From Smithellaceae bacterium (GTDB taxonomy: Bacteria > Desulfobacterota > Syntrophia > Syntrophales > Smithellaceae), in contig CAXXVL010000002.1 in NCBI GenBank assembly GCA_963667845.2, positions 2,720,001 through 2,784,000 on the forward strand: a stretch of 64,000 nucleotides of DNA. The letters run 5' to 3'. Every line of letters starts with the position of its first letter. Within the stretch, counting starts at the first letter, position 1. This document shows positions 1 to 9,077 of the stretch, in pieces. A program made the position numbers and the translations under genes. The notes beneath the pieces are model-generated. The model was given only the letters and a program-made list of their open reading frames with translations. It searched no databases and was not told the DNA's origin.

Positions 1-658
1 CCAGCAGTTCCCTGATCAGGGCCGTATAGATCTTCTTATCCGTAAAATAAGCGGCTTTGATTACCAGATGGCGCGTTTTTGCATTCAATGTTTTCGGGTA
101 TTTGCCGACGGTCGCCGTAAAGTTCCGCATCGTTTTTCGATAGTCTTCATAAAGGACAATACTTTCCTCAAGATCCGTCTCCGATATTTTCCGGTCCGCT
201 ATTTTTTCAAACTCGCCTTGCACTCTTCTATATTCTTCGATGAGATAATCAACGCCGGCTTGAATTTTCCGATGCTGCGGGTAAACCACCGGGATCAAAT
301 ATGTCTGAGGTACGGCAACCTTCCAGTTGTCGCAAATACATTTCATGGTGTCGCAATAAGCGGGGATAACAATAGCTGATAAAAAGTCATACATACCTTT
401 CATTCCCTGCTCGACATTGATCCGCATAATGGAACAGCAGAAACTTTGCAGGTATTTATCGGCCAGCTTAACGCCCGTTTGTCCTCCCCAAAGTCCGACA
501 GGCAGCAGGCCCGCCGCATAAATGATTTCGTCAGGCGTATAGTAGGGAAAACAGCCAACGGCCTTTTTCCCGGTTTCCTTCATGGAGGCCTTTACGGCTT
601 TTGCCGGATGGTTTGCTGTGTTTTCTAAAGATGATATGATTTCCTGTATACGGTTCAT
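1..658 (-). CDS. 2-hydroxyacyl-CoA dehydratase beta subunit (HadC/FldC/HgdB family); 3' end runs off the window
   Basis: Not in the ORF track; translated by hand. ATG at 658 overlaps the upstream TGA (ATGA). Reads MNRIQEIISSLENTANHPAKAVKASMKETGKKAVGCFPYYTPDEIIYAAGLLPVGLWGG...YLQSFCCSIMR...IPAYCDTMKC and stays open to position 1. Confidence 0.9.
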   Translation of the reverse strand, partial: MNRIQEIISSLENTANHPAKAVKASMKETGKKAVGCFPYYTPDEIIYAAGLLPVGLWGGQTGVKLADKYLQSFCCSIMRINVEQGMKGMYDFLSAIVIPAYCDTMKCICDNWKVAVPQTYLIPVVYPQHRKIQAGVDYLIEEYRRVQGEFEKIADRKISETDLEESIVLYEDYRKTMRNFTATVGKYPKTLNAKTRHLVIKAAYFTDKKIYTALIRELL

Positions 659-1881
659 TTGCCACCCGGCCTTTCTTTCTTTCTGTGTTCCATCATTTCC
701 ATAAGAGCCTGGATTCTGGTCTCATATTGTCCCAGGGAGAAAGCTCTCGGATCGGTCTGATCCCCGTCAAACATGACAGACGCTACTCCGGTCCGCTCTC
801 CCACTTGCCGCTGCACTTCGTACTGTCGGAAATCCATCAGTTTGCAGCTTCTATTGGAATGGTAAATAATGCCGTCCAGGGAAAAATCATTCACAATCTG
901 GACGATATTATCCACGCCGTAATCCAGGCAGCGGTTCGCATAATTAGAACTGTAGGCTCTGGCCATGGCGTCTAAATCATTGCTGTCATAAACAATCGTC
1001 CATGAACCGGGATAGGTCGACGTGACCATGTTGATTCCATTTTTCTTTAATATTTTGGAAGTGTCCGACAGATGCGGCCAGCAGGCGATCCCGTCCCACA
1101 TGATCCGGTATTTTTCCGGCTGCTCCTTCCAGGGTCCTTCGCCGCGGTCGATTTTCCCCTGCAGTTCTTGGGCCCATGTTTTGAAGAGATCAAGGCCTTC
1201 TTGTTTTCCCCTCATGCAGACAATGACCGCCATGTAATTGAATAAATCAAACCCGTTGAATGGAGAGGGCCGGGCGGCGGCCAGGTCCGTCGCTTTTTTC
1301 CACCACGACGCCGTCTGGGCCGATATTTTCATGACTTCCTTAAAACGGTCGTGATCAAATTTTTTGTCGGTGATCTGCTCCAGTTGTGTAATGGCATGCT
1401 CGATTTGTCCCCGCATGTATTTGACACTGTAGGTCGGCACATCATAGGTGTGATTAAAAGGCATATCAAATAAGATCATCGGAATACGCAGTTCTCTGGC
1501 CAGATTTTCATACCATTTGATAACCGTATTGCAAATGTTGTTGCAGCAAAATATAAAATCCGGCAGAGGAATATTCCCGGCGATACTTGATCTTACGTTC
1601 ATGTATCCGATGTTCACTCTTGCATACGAGCACAAATCCATAGAGTATCCGTTTTTTTCCGCATCATCGAGAAAAGTCTGCGCATCTTTTCTTGCTCCGA
1701 TCACCGCCGCATGGTTTTCCGGATATACAACCTTGATATCCATCGTCTCCAAAAGCTCTTGCGGGGCAATCGATGTCGCCCAGGCCACAATCTCTCCCGA
1801 CTTCTTCGCTTCCAGAGCATCTTCATAATGTTTGGAGATTATTTTCCCTAACATTTCTTTTGAAGACATCTTCTGATCCAT
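655..1881 (-). CDS. 2-hydroxyacyl-CoA dehydratase alpha subunit (HadB/FldB/HgdA family)
   Basis: Motifs YPENHAA, DLCSYARVN, CNNICNTVIKWYE, HSNRSCK and DGDQTDPR; RBS AAGGAG. Confidence 0.92.
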   Translation of the reverse strand: MDQKMSSKEMLGKIISKHYEDALEAKKSGEIVAWATSIAPQELLETMDIKVVYPENHAAVIGARKDAQTFLDDAEKNGYSMDLCSYARVNIGYMNVRSSIAGNIPLPDFIFCCNNICNTVIKWYENLARELRIPMILFDMPFNHTYDVPTYSVKYMRGQIEHAITQLEQITDKKFDHDRFKEVMKISAQTASWWKKATDLAAARPSPFNGFDLFNYMAVIVCMRGKQEGLDLFKTWAQELQGKIDRGEGPWKEQPEKYRIMWDGIACWPHLSDTSKILKKNGINMVTSTYPGSWTIVYDSNDLDAMARAYSSNYANRCLDYGVDNIVQIVNDFSLDGIIYHSNRSCKLMDFRQYEVQRQVGERTGVASVMFDGDQTDPRAFSLGQYETRIQALMEMMEHRKKERPGGK

Positions 1882-2039
1882 AATAATTTATCTCCTTTTA
1901 ACGTAACTCCTCCGGCCTCATTAATCTGACAACTGAAGTCATCTGAACGGTCTGTGCTGATCCTCCGGGCAGTTACAATATATTCTTTTCCGTTTATTTG
2001 CAGGGCTTATGAAAAAATAAAATCGGCAGTACTGATTTT

Positions 2040-3410
2040 TTAGCAGACGCGGCTGCTGTATTTCCATATCCCCATCTTTTCGGCTTCACGAACCAACTCG
2101 TCACGAAAATCCGGATGGGCGATATTGATCAGTGCCTCCGCTCGTTGCCAGGTTGATTTTGCTTTCATGCAGGCGACGCCATATTCGGTTACGATATTGT
2201 GTGTTGCTTGTCTCGGGATGGTTACAATCGTGCCGGCATCAAGGCGGGCGCGAATCATGCTTTTGATCTGACCATTTTTCATTCGATAAGTTGAGGGTGT
2301 GCAAAGGAAGCTTTGTCCGCCTTTGGACATATAAGCCCCCAGGACGAAATCCAGTTGGCCGCCATTGCCGCCGATGTGCTGCATGCCCACCGATTCCGAA
2401 TTTACCTGTCCAAACAAATCCACTTCCAGGCAACTGTTGATTGATACAAAGTTATCTAGCTGGGCCACAACATCTAATGCATTAACATAGTCAACAGGAC
2501 AGCACAGATGCAGGGGGTTCCTGTCTATAAATTCGTAAAGTTCCCGGGATCCCATGCAAAATGTCCACACCATTTTGCCGCGATCCAGTTTTTTGTTGCC
2601 GGTAATTTTCCCGGCCTTATAGAGGTTCAAAAAGGCATCTACAAACATTTCCGAATGAACGCTCAGGTCACCGATGTCCGACTCGGCAATCAAACCGCCC
2701 ACGCAATTGGGAAGACCGCCGATACCCAGCTGCAGAGTGCTGCCGTTTCTGATTAAGGGAACAATATGCTTGGCAATTTCCCGGTCAACAGCGGATGGCT
2801 CTTTCGACAGACGTTCGGGAAGATCGCGATTGCCGCCATGTACGATATAATCGATCTCCGACAGATGCAGCGTATAGCCATTAGCCCCGCACACCTGCGG
2901 CATTTTTTCGTTAACTTCCACGATGACGACCCGGGCTCTTTCAATAACGGCTACGGCATCCGATACCTGGGGGCCGAGGTTGAAATATCCGTGCTTATCC
3001 ATCGGGGCGACCTGCAGCATGGCCACATCGATCTTGGCGTCCTGTCGCCAGTACTTCAGTTGCTCCCGGTACTGTACGGGTATGTACCAGCACGAGCCTT
3101 CCTTGTTCATTTGTCGTTCGATAGTGCTGAACTGACTGGTCTGCCATCGGCAATGTTCGGAATGGGGATCGGCCCGGACGACGGCGGGCTTATGTGCGTA
3201 AGGCCAGATGCTGGCAATCGTCTTTATATCCCGTAATTCATGAATCCGACGGGCCAGGGCTTCATCCAGATCATAGACAGCTCCGCAAAAAGCACCGAAG
3301 TGAATCAGATCTCCCGATTTTATTGCTTTGACGGCTTCATCCGTAGAGACCAGTTTAGCTTTATAGTCGTCGGCCAAGCCTAGTTCTCCCTTTAAGGCTA
3401 ATTTAGCCAT
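2040..3410 (-). CDS. Acetyl-CoA hydrolase/transferase family CoA-transferase (butyryl-CoA:acetate CoA-transferase-like)
   Basis: Motifs LQLGIGGLPN, HSEMFVD, GGQLDFVLGAYMSKGG, VTEYG and IAHPDFRDEL. Confidence 0.9.
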   Translation of the reverse strand: MAKLALKGELGLADDYKAKLVSTDEAVKAIKSGDLIHFGAFCGAVYDLDEALARRIHELRDIKTIASIWPYAHKPAVVRADPHSEHCRWQTSQFSTIERQMNKEGSCWYIPVQYREQLKYWRQDAKIDVAMLQVAPMDKHGYFNLGPQVSDAVAVIERARVVIVEVNEKMPQVCGANGYTLHLSEIDYIVHGGNRDLPERLSKEPSAVDREIAKHIVPLIRNGSTLQLGIGGLPNCVGGLIAESDIGDLSVHSEMFVDAFLNLYKAGKITGNKKLDRGKMVWTFCMGSRELYEFIDRNPLHLCCPVDYVNALDVVAQLDNFVSINSCLEVDLFGQVNSESVGMQHIGGNGGQLDFVLGAYMSKGGQSFLCTPSTYRMKNGQIKSMIRARLDAGTIVTIPRQATHNIVTEYGVACMKAKSTWQRAEALINIAHPDFRDELVREAEKMGIWKYSSRVC

Positions 3411-3435
3411 ATTGAATACTTCCTTTCTTCGTTTT

Positions 3436-4740
3436 TTAGTGTCCCATCAGTTTGACAAAAAATAAAGACACGGCCGGGATATAGGTTGTAATGAGCAACG
3501 TTGGAATACACACGGCGATTAATCCCAGGATCGGACGTAAAACTTTGTCCATACTCAGGTTCGCCACCCGGCAGGCGACAAAAATGTTGCAGGCAAACGG
3601 CGGCGTAATCATACCGATCTCGAGATTGAGGAGCATAACGGCGGCAAAATGAATGGGATGCACGCCGTAGGCCACAGCGGCCGGAGCCAGGATGGGGGCC
3701 AGCAGAAGAATGCTCGTGTTGGTTTCCATGAACATGCCGACAAGGAGCAGCACCCCATTGACCATGAGCAGAAAGATGGTCGGCGATTTGGTAATGCTGA
3801 GCAGCCAGTCAGTCACCGCGGTGGCGCAGTCGCCATAAGTAAACATGGCACTGGGAATCGCCGCAAAGGCGATAAGGAGCATAATGGCCGCGCTGGTGAC
3901 GGCGCTTTTCTTGGTGATGGAGATGAGGCCTTCTCCGGTTTTGTCCTTGAAGATGAGCGGGTAGAGCACCCAGCCGGCCAAAAGCCCGTAAGCCACAGCG
4001 ACGGCTCCGGCTTCGGTCGGTGTCATGATGCCGCCGTAAACTCCCACGAAGATGATAATGGGCATGAACAGTGCAACGAGACCCCGGGAGGACGTTTTAC
4101 CGACTTTCTTAAAATAGAGGAGGGCATTGAAATCGCCCGTCTCCTGTACTTCCTGGTGAGCGTAGAAGATGCGGTTGTAAACGCAATAGAAAATAGTCAG
4201 GAGCACCCCGGGAATGGCTGTAGCCAGCCACACATCCCCGACGGGCAGGCCGACGGCCAGAGCGTAAACCACGCCCGGAATGCTGGGGGGGATAAGAATG
4301 CCCAGAAATCCGGAAGCGGCGATCAAGGCGGTGGCATATTTCTTGTCATAACCCGCTTTCTCCATTTCGGGCAGCATCATGCCGCCGATGGCGCTGACGG
4401 TGGCCACGGAGGAACCCGAAATCGTGCCGAACATAGCCGAGGTGATGACGGTAGTAGCGCCGATGCTGCCTTTCATCCGCCCCGTCAGAGCCCGCACCCA
4501 CCCGATCAATGCAGTGGTGATGCCGCCCAGGGCCATGATATCTCCCGAGTAGATGAAGGCGGGGATGGCCAGAAATGCAAAAGAATCGACGCTATTGAAT
4601 ATTCTGGCCGGAATAATCGTCAGCGGGATATCTCCCAGCAGCATGCAGAGGATGCCGGCCAATCCGGCGCTAAAGGGTATGGGAATGCGCAGGACAGCCA
4701 GAAGCACAAATAATAAAATAAACATTCCTACGAGATACAT
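3436..4740 (-). CDS. dctM: TRAP transporter large permease
   Basis: Polytopic membrane protein with FGTISGSSVAT, GILIPPSIP, TPTEAGA and GMITPP. Confidence 0.93.
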   Translation of the reverse strand: MYLVGMFILLFVLLAVLRIPIPFSAGLAGILCMLLGDIPLTIIPARIFNSVDSFAFLAIPAFIYSGDIMALGGITTALIGWVRALTGRMKGSIGATTVITSAMFGTISGSSVATVSAIGGMMLPEMEKAGYDKKYATALIAASGFLGILIPPSIPGVVYALAVGLPVGDVWLATAIPGVLLTIFYCVYNRIFYAHQEVQETGDFNALLYFKKVGKTSSRGLVALFMPIIIFVGVYGGIMTPTEAGAVAVAYGLLAGWVLYPLIFKDKTGEGLISITKKSAVTSAAIMLLIAFAAIPSAMFTYGDCATAVTDWLLSITKSPTIFLLMVNGVLLLVGMFMETNTSILLLAPILAPAAVAYGVHPIHFAAVMLLNLEIGMITPPFACNIFVACRVANLSMDKVLRPILGLIAVCIPTLLITTYIPAVSLFFVKLMGH

Positions 4741-5288
4741 GATGTTTTTTCTCCGTCTGCAAACTCATACCCCATGGGGCCCTGGCCGGACAGGTTGAGG
4801 ACAATCAGGGCTACACTGTGCAGGATACTCAGGGCAAGACCCAGGAACATCGATCCGGTGACGACCCAGAGCGGCATCAACATCGCGGTGGAAACCTGCC
4901 CCATCCGGAACTGATCCACAACCAGCCAGTAGGTTTCATAGGCCACTAGAGACAGGCAGATGATGGTGCCCACGTCGCGCACGACATTCATGAAGATGCC
5001 GGCCTTGATTTTTCCTGGTTGGTTCTTGATAAAACGATCAATGGCCAGCTCGGTAAAATTAATTTCGATATGCCCGCGTTGGGCTGTGGCAATGGCGGCG
5101 CCTAGGAAGGTGCAGCACACGAACAGGTAGCGGCACAGTTCCTCGGAAAAGGAGAGAGGAATTTCCAGTATATACCGGCAAATCACCTGTAGGATCATCA
5201 CAATCAGCATCAGCACGAAAAGCGGCACGGTAACCCAGTACTCGATCCCCCGCAGGGCATTGACAAATTTATCCAGTATTTTAATCAT
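4728..5288 (-). CDS. dctQ: TRAP transporter small permease
   Basis: Four TM helices, QVICRY..SEELCRYL..HIEI motifs, located between dctP and dctM. Confidence 0.9.
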   Translation of the reverse strand: MIKILDKFVNALRGIEYWVTVPLFVLMLIVMILQVICRYILEIPLSFSEELCRYLFVCCTFLGAAIATAQRGHIEINFTELAIDRFIKNQPGKIKAGIFMNVVRDVGTIICLSLVAYETYWLVVDQFRMGQVSTAMLMPLWVVTGSMFLGLALSILHSVALIVLNLSGQGPMGYEFADGEKTSCIS

Positions 5289-5309
5289 TTGATGGTTCCT
5301 TTGTTGCTT

Positions 5310-5360
5310 TTTTAGCGGAGGGGCAAGCGGGTTTTCTTCGCCGCCTCCCCTCCGTTAAAA
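5310..5360 (-). terminator. Stem-loop between dctP and dctQ (partial terminator or mRNA stabiliser)
   Basis: Inverted repeat TTTTAGCGGAGGGG...CCCCTCCGTTAAAA. Confidence 0.55.
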
Positions 5361-5378
5361 GCACTTGGCAGTTTTTGG

Positions 5379-6404
5379 CTATTTTTTCCCGGCAGCTTCC
5401 TTCCTGACTCTCTCCATCACTTCCTTGGTATACGTCTTTTCATACTTCGCATCAGCCCAGATCTTGGCCGCAACCTCCTTCAGGTCGTTTACCAATTCGG
5501 GGGTGGGTTCTATCACCTGCATGCCGGTCTTGGCCATGGCCGCATAGTCTTTGCTGACATTTTCGCGGTTCACTTTGACCTGGATGTCGGCTGCCTTCTT
5601 GGCGGCGGCGGCGACTATCTTCTGCTGATCCGGGGTCAGCTTGTCCCAGGACTTTTTAGACATACACATTTCCATAGCGGAATAAATCTGCTGCGCTTTG
5701 GTGGCATATTTCTGGAACTGGTACAGACCCAAGTCATAAGTGATGATGGCGCCATTGTCCTGACCATCGACGGTTCCCTGCTGCAGGGCGGTGGTCAGTT
5801 CGGTAATGGCCATGGGGGTGGGAAGCACGCCCAGCGCTTTATAGAAATCGATATACATGGGCACTTCCGGGACTCTCAGCTTCAAGCCTTTGAAATCTTC
5901 ACCTTTGGTAATGGGTCGTTTGGAATTGGTCAGCCCGCGGTAATCGTTTTCACCGATGCCGAGCACCTTGACGCCTTTGCCATCCATATATTTAGTAACA
6001 TACTGTCCGATCCAGCCATTGCGGTATTTTGCATCAACCTCGGCATAGTTTTTAAAAAGGTAGGGCAGGTTTACGAACCCCAACTCGGGATAGACGGCCG
6101 CCAGACCGATGTCGGAACTCCAGGCCATATCCAGATCGCCGCGCACGACGGCTTCCACCATCTGGCGCTCTCCGCCCATGACGCCGCCGCCGTGGATGGT
6201 TACTTTAACAGCGCCGTTTGTCTTAGACTCGATATCCTGTTTAAATGTTTTCGCAGCCACAGAATAGGAATGAGTGGGTGATACAGTAAAACCGATACGA
6301 ATGGTCGTGGCGGCGTTTACATCCCCTGGCTTGGCTCCGGTGATGCATACGGCAAAAGCCAGTACCAGCATAATCACGAATGTTTTCATTTTGTTACTTT
6401 TCAA
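5379..6404 (-). CDS. dctP: TRAP transporter substrate-binding protein
   Basis: Signal peptide, GGERQMVE, KGLKLRVP, ALQQGTVDGQDN; TTG start 8 nt after GGAGG. Confidence 0.93.
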   Translation of the reverse strand: MKSNKMKTFVIMLVLAFAVCITGAKPGDVNAATTIRIGFTVSPTHSYSVAAKTFKQDIESKTNGAVKVTIHGGGVMGGERQMVEAVVRGDLDMAWSSDIGLAAVYPELGFVNLPYLFKNYAEVDAKYRNGWIGQYVTKYMDGKGVKVLGIGENDYRGLTNSKRPITKGEDFKGLKLRVPEVPMYIDFYKALGVLPTPMAITELTTALQQGTVDGQDNGAIITYDLGLYQFQKYATKAQQIYSAMEMCMSKKSWDKLTPDQQKIVAAAAKKAADIQVKVNRENVSKDYAAMAKTGMQVIEPTPELVNDLKEVAAKIWADAKYEKTYTKEVMERVRKEAAGKK

Positions 6405-6630
6405 AATATGGCCCTCCTAACAGTTTTTTAATGGTTCGGCGAAATGGCTGGATCGTCTGAGATTTAGATGCCTGCCGTTGCCGTAATGCGACTCTTTCCG
6501 GCAGATGCAGGAGAGAATCAAAACTTGCGCTACCTCTGAGGCTCATCCATGATGATGACTTCTGCTTCTTTCTTGATGCAAATACTTGGCGGCGTCGACC
6601 GGTCAAGGGATAAAATAGTTTAAATACCGA

Positions 6631-6651
6631 TTGACGGATAAAAACCGTAAA
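6631..6651. promoter_or_regulatory. Palindromic candidate operator upstream of the TRAP operon
   Basis: TTGACGG-ATAAAAA-CCGTAAA; half sites match at 6 of 7 positions. Confidence 0.4.
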
Positions 6652-6716
6652 CTAACAATCAATTTAATACAATGTTAAAGATATAATACATTTATACTAT
6701 ATACGATATCATATAT

Positions 6717-8240
6717 CTAAAGATATTGAGCGAGATGAGATTTCAGGTTGGCTTTTTGATTATTCAGTCCCAGCTTGTTCCTAAGCCGGTACCGATGCAC
6801 ATCAATTGCGCTTTTGGATACATTCATGATGTCAGCGATCTCTTTACTGTTTCTACCTTCTTTGATAAAGTTGGCAATCTGAATTTCTTTAGGCGTGAGA
6901 TTCATATATTTCGAAGACAACTTACGTGAAAATGGAGCGATAATATCTTTCAGGTTTGATTCAAGGATGCCGAGATAAGCCAAAGATTTTGGATCCACTT
7001 TGCCATTTCGAGTTCTTTCCACATAGGGGAGGACGAATTCTTTCACATTTGTGAGCACCTTTTCCTCGAGTTCTTCCCGATCATTTTCACGTTGCTTCAG
7101 CAGGACTCTCAATGCTGTGTTCAATTCCTCGAGGTTGAGCGTTTTGATCCTCAATTCTTGTTCTCTATTTTTAAGTCCTTGTTCCGCCTCTTTCCAGGCA
7201 GTGATGTCTGTGAATGAGACAACGCTCTTTTTTGTTCCTGGAATTATATCGGCGGTCAGGAACATATTTCTGATTTTCCCCTTGCTGTCAATTAATTCGT
7301 GTTCAAAATTCCGGGGTGCGGCATGGGGATCGAGTCGTCTGAGCCGATGGGTCTTTTTCATGCGTGCGAGATCCTTCTTAGGGATATACTCTGGCCACTT
7401 TCTTTTCCCTTCCCACTCTGTCCTGCGATATCCGGTCATATTTTCGAATTCAGAATTAAGCAGTGATATGGTCATGTCATCTTCTACAATAATAGTTGCC
7501 GTTCCCGTTGTTTCAAAGATGGCGCGATAGAGATTTTCGGATTCCTGTAACTTGCTCTTAACGATCTTTCGCTCCGTAATGTTCATGAAATTTCCAAGGA
7601 TCGCCGGTTTTCCCTGAAAGATAGTGCTGGTGACAGTTTCCATCACCCAGCAAATATCCCCTTGCTTCGTGACAATCCTGAATTCATAAGGAGACAAATG
7701 CCTACCTTTCAGCATGTCCCGGGCATTTCTTTTTACGTTTTCCAGATCTTCGGGAAAGATAAGACTGTCCGATCTTTTGCCGATCAGTTCCTCTAAACCA
7801 TAGCCAGTAAATGATGCCATAAGGGGATTGACGGCCTGGAAAGTTCCCTCCCGGGAAACATAAATGCCGGCAAGTGAGCTTTCCCAGATCGTTTTGAAAT
7901 TATGTGCATTTTCCTCCAATGAGAGATTCATCGTTTTCATTCGGTGGCTTTCTTCTTCAGAAGAGATATCGTCTTGATGTATAACTTTTTTTTGCATGGC
8001 ATCTGTTTTCTTCACCGCGGTTTGAACGCTGGAATTTTCGTCGGGAGAAAGCATCAGTAGATCCTTGGTAGAAAATCGGGAGAGGGAGCGGATGAGAGTC
8101 TCGATATTGCCGCTTTGCTGAAGAAAGTCCAGTCGTCCGATGGTAGCAATGACTCGTTGATTTATTTTATTGTGATTTCTGTGATTCTCGACAAGTTGAA
8201 GATAGGCGTTGCGGCCTGATTTTTTTATTCGCGCAAACAT
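6717..8240 (-). CDS. PAS-PAS-LuxR HTH transcriptional regulator with an IS1634-transposase-like N-terminus
   Basis: ATG 8240 follows AAGGAG. Two PAS/PAC repeats (NITERK, DITAWK) and a C-terminal LTPKEIQIANFIKEGRNSKEIADIMNVSKSAIDVHRYRLRNKL HTH. Confidence 0.88.
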   Translation of the reverse strand: MFARIKKSGRNAYLQLVENHRNHNKINQRVIATIGRLDFLQQSGNIETLIRSLSRFSTKDLLMLSPDENSSVQTAVKKTDAMQKKVIHQDDISSEEESHRMKTMNLSLEENAHNFKTIWESSLAGIYVSREGTFQAVNPLMASFTGYGLEELIGKRSDSLIFPEDLENVKRNARDMLKGRHLSPYEFRIVTKQGDICWVMETVTSTIFQGKPAILGNFMNITERKIVKSKLQESENLYRAIFETTGTATIIVEDDMTISLLNSEFENMTGYRRTEWEGKRKWPEYIPKKDLARMKKTHRLRRLDPHAAPRNFEHELIDSKGKIRNMFLTADIIPGTKKSVVSFTDITAWKEAEQGLKNREQELRIKTLNLEELNTALRVLLKQRENDREELEEKVLTNVKEFVLPYVERTRNGKVDPKSLAYLGILESNLKDIIAPFSRKLSSKYMNLTPKEIQIANFIKEGRNSKEIADIMNVSKSAIDVHRYRLRNKLGLNNQKANLKSHLAQYL

Positions 8241-8330
8241 AATATTCTCCTTAAAGGACACTCCATATTTTCAAGATATCTCTTAAATGTCAAGTAATAT
8301 GTGACTTATTTATGGCACTACTTAAAAAAA
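8004..8330 (-). mobile_element. Remnant of an IS1634-family left end and transposase N-terminus, fused in frame to the regulator
   Basis: MFARIKKSGRNAYLQLVENHR...QRVIATIGRLD..Q..G.IETLIRSLSRFS matches the IS1634 transposase N-terminal pattern as I recall it. No DDE domain and no terminal inverted repeat identified. Confidence 0.6.
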
Positions 8331-9016
8331 AGAAAATGAAATCGATCCTATCAGCCCCGGGGTGTTTCCGGTGGGAAGAATCAACTGATCCTTTTCTGAA
8401 GGGATAGCGAGAAGTCATATAAAAGGAAAATGGATAATGATTTCTTATGTTGCCGTTTACACGAGGTTTACCTTTCAACCAATAGCGGTGATCCGAGGTT
8501 GGCTCATTTTTTTGCTAACATTAATGTTCTCGTTATGTTGAACGTATTCATTGTGGTCCGATCTTCGTCCGGGAACATAAAGATCTTATTCCGAGTATTC
8601 ATATAATTTAGAATAATTATAAACATATTCAATATAATAAATCGTATTTGATGGCACTACATTTTTGAATATCTGATTGGAGCCTGATTTAAGTGTGGCA
8701 TCTGGATTGCTTATTGCTGTTGCTGTTGAATGATTGCTTTCCCTTGACTATGAGAAATAACTTTGCGTTGAGGATCAACTGAGTTTGAGTTGAAAGAATT
8801 GAGATGGCCCGGTGGCCCTTTTGAATAGAAATAATCAGATTGTTTCCAACGGAACATCAAATGGCGTAAAAATATAAAGCGAATAAGCATACAGGGGGAT
8901 TTAACTGGCTGATTATTTGGCATATTCATATCATCAGTTTATGTTGCTTTATGCTATGAATTATACTCATAACCTTAAGGTTATAGGTTAAAATTCTATC
9001 CCGCTGCCAAAATAAG

Positions 9017-9049
9017 AAAAGGGCTGGAATTCATATTCCAGCCCTTTTT
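9017..9049 (-). terminator. Intrinsic terminator after the outer-membrane protein gene
   Basis: AAAAGGGCTGGAAT-tcat-ATTCCAGCCCTTTT. Confidence 0.8.
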
Positions 9050-9077
9050 CAATTATACCTGAGCCACTTTACGAACA

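Noticed and set aside
1898..1976. 14-codon ORF (MTSVVRLMRPEELR) and an imperfect inverted repeat upstream of the dehydratase alpha gene
   Set aside because: No correctly spaced RBS, no regulatory codon run and no terminator, so it is too weak to call a leader peptide.
6420..6540. AGAGGTAGCG and GCCGAA words in the dctP leader suggesting a lysine riboswitch
   Set aside because: The spacing, the remaining conserved elements and the closing P1 stem could not be found.
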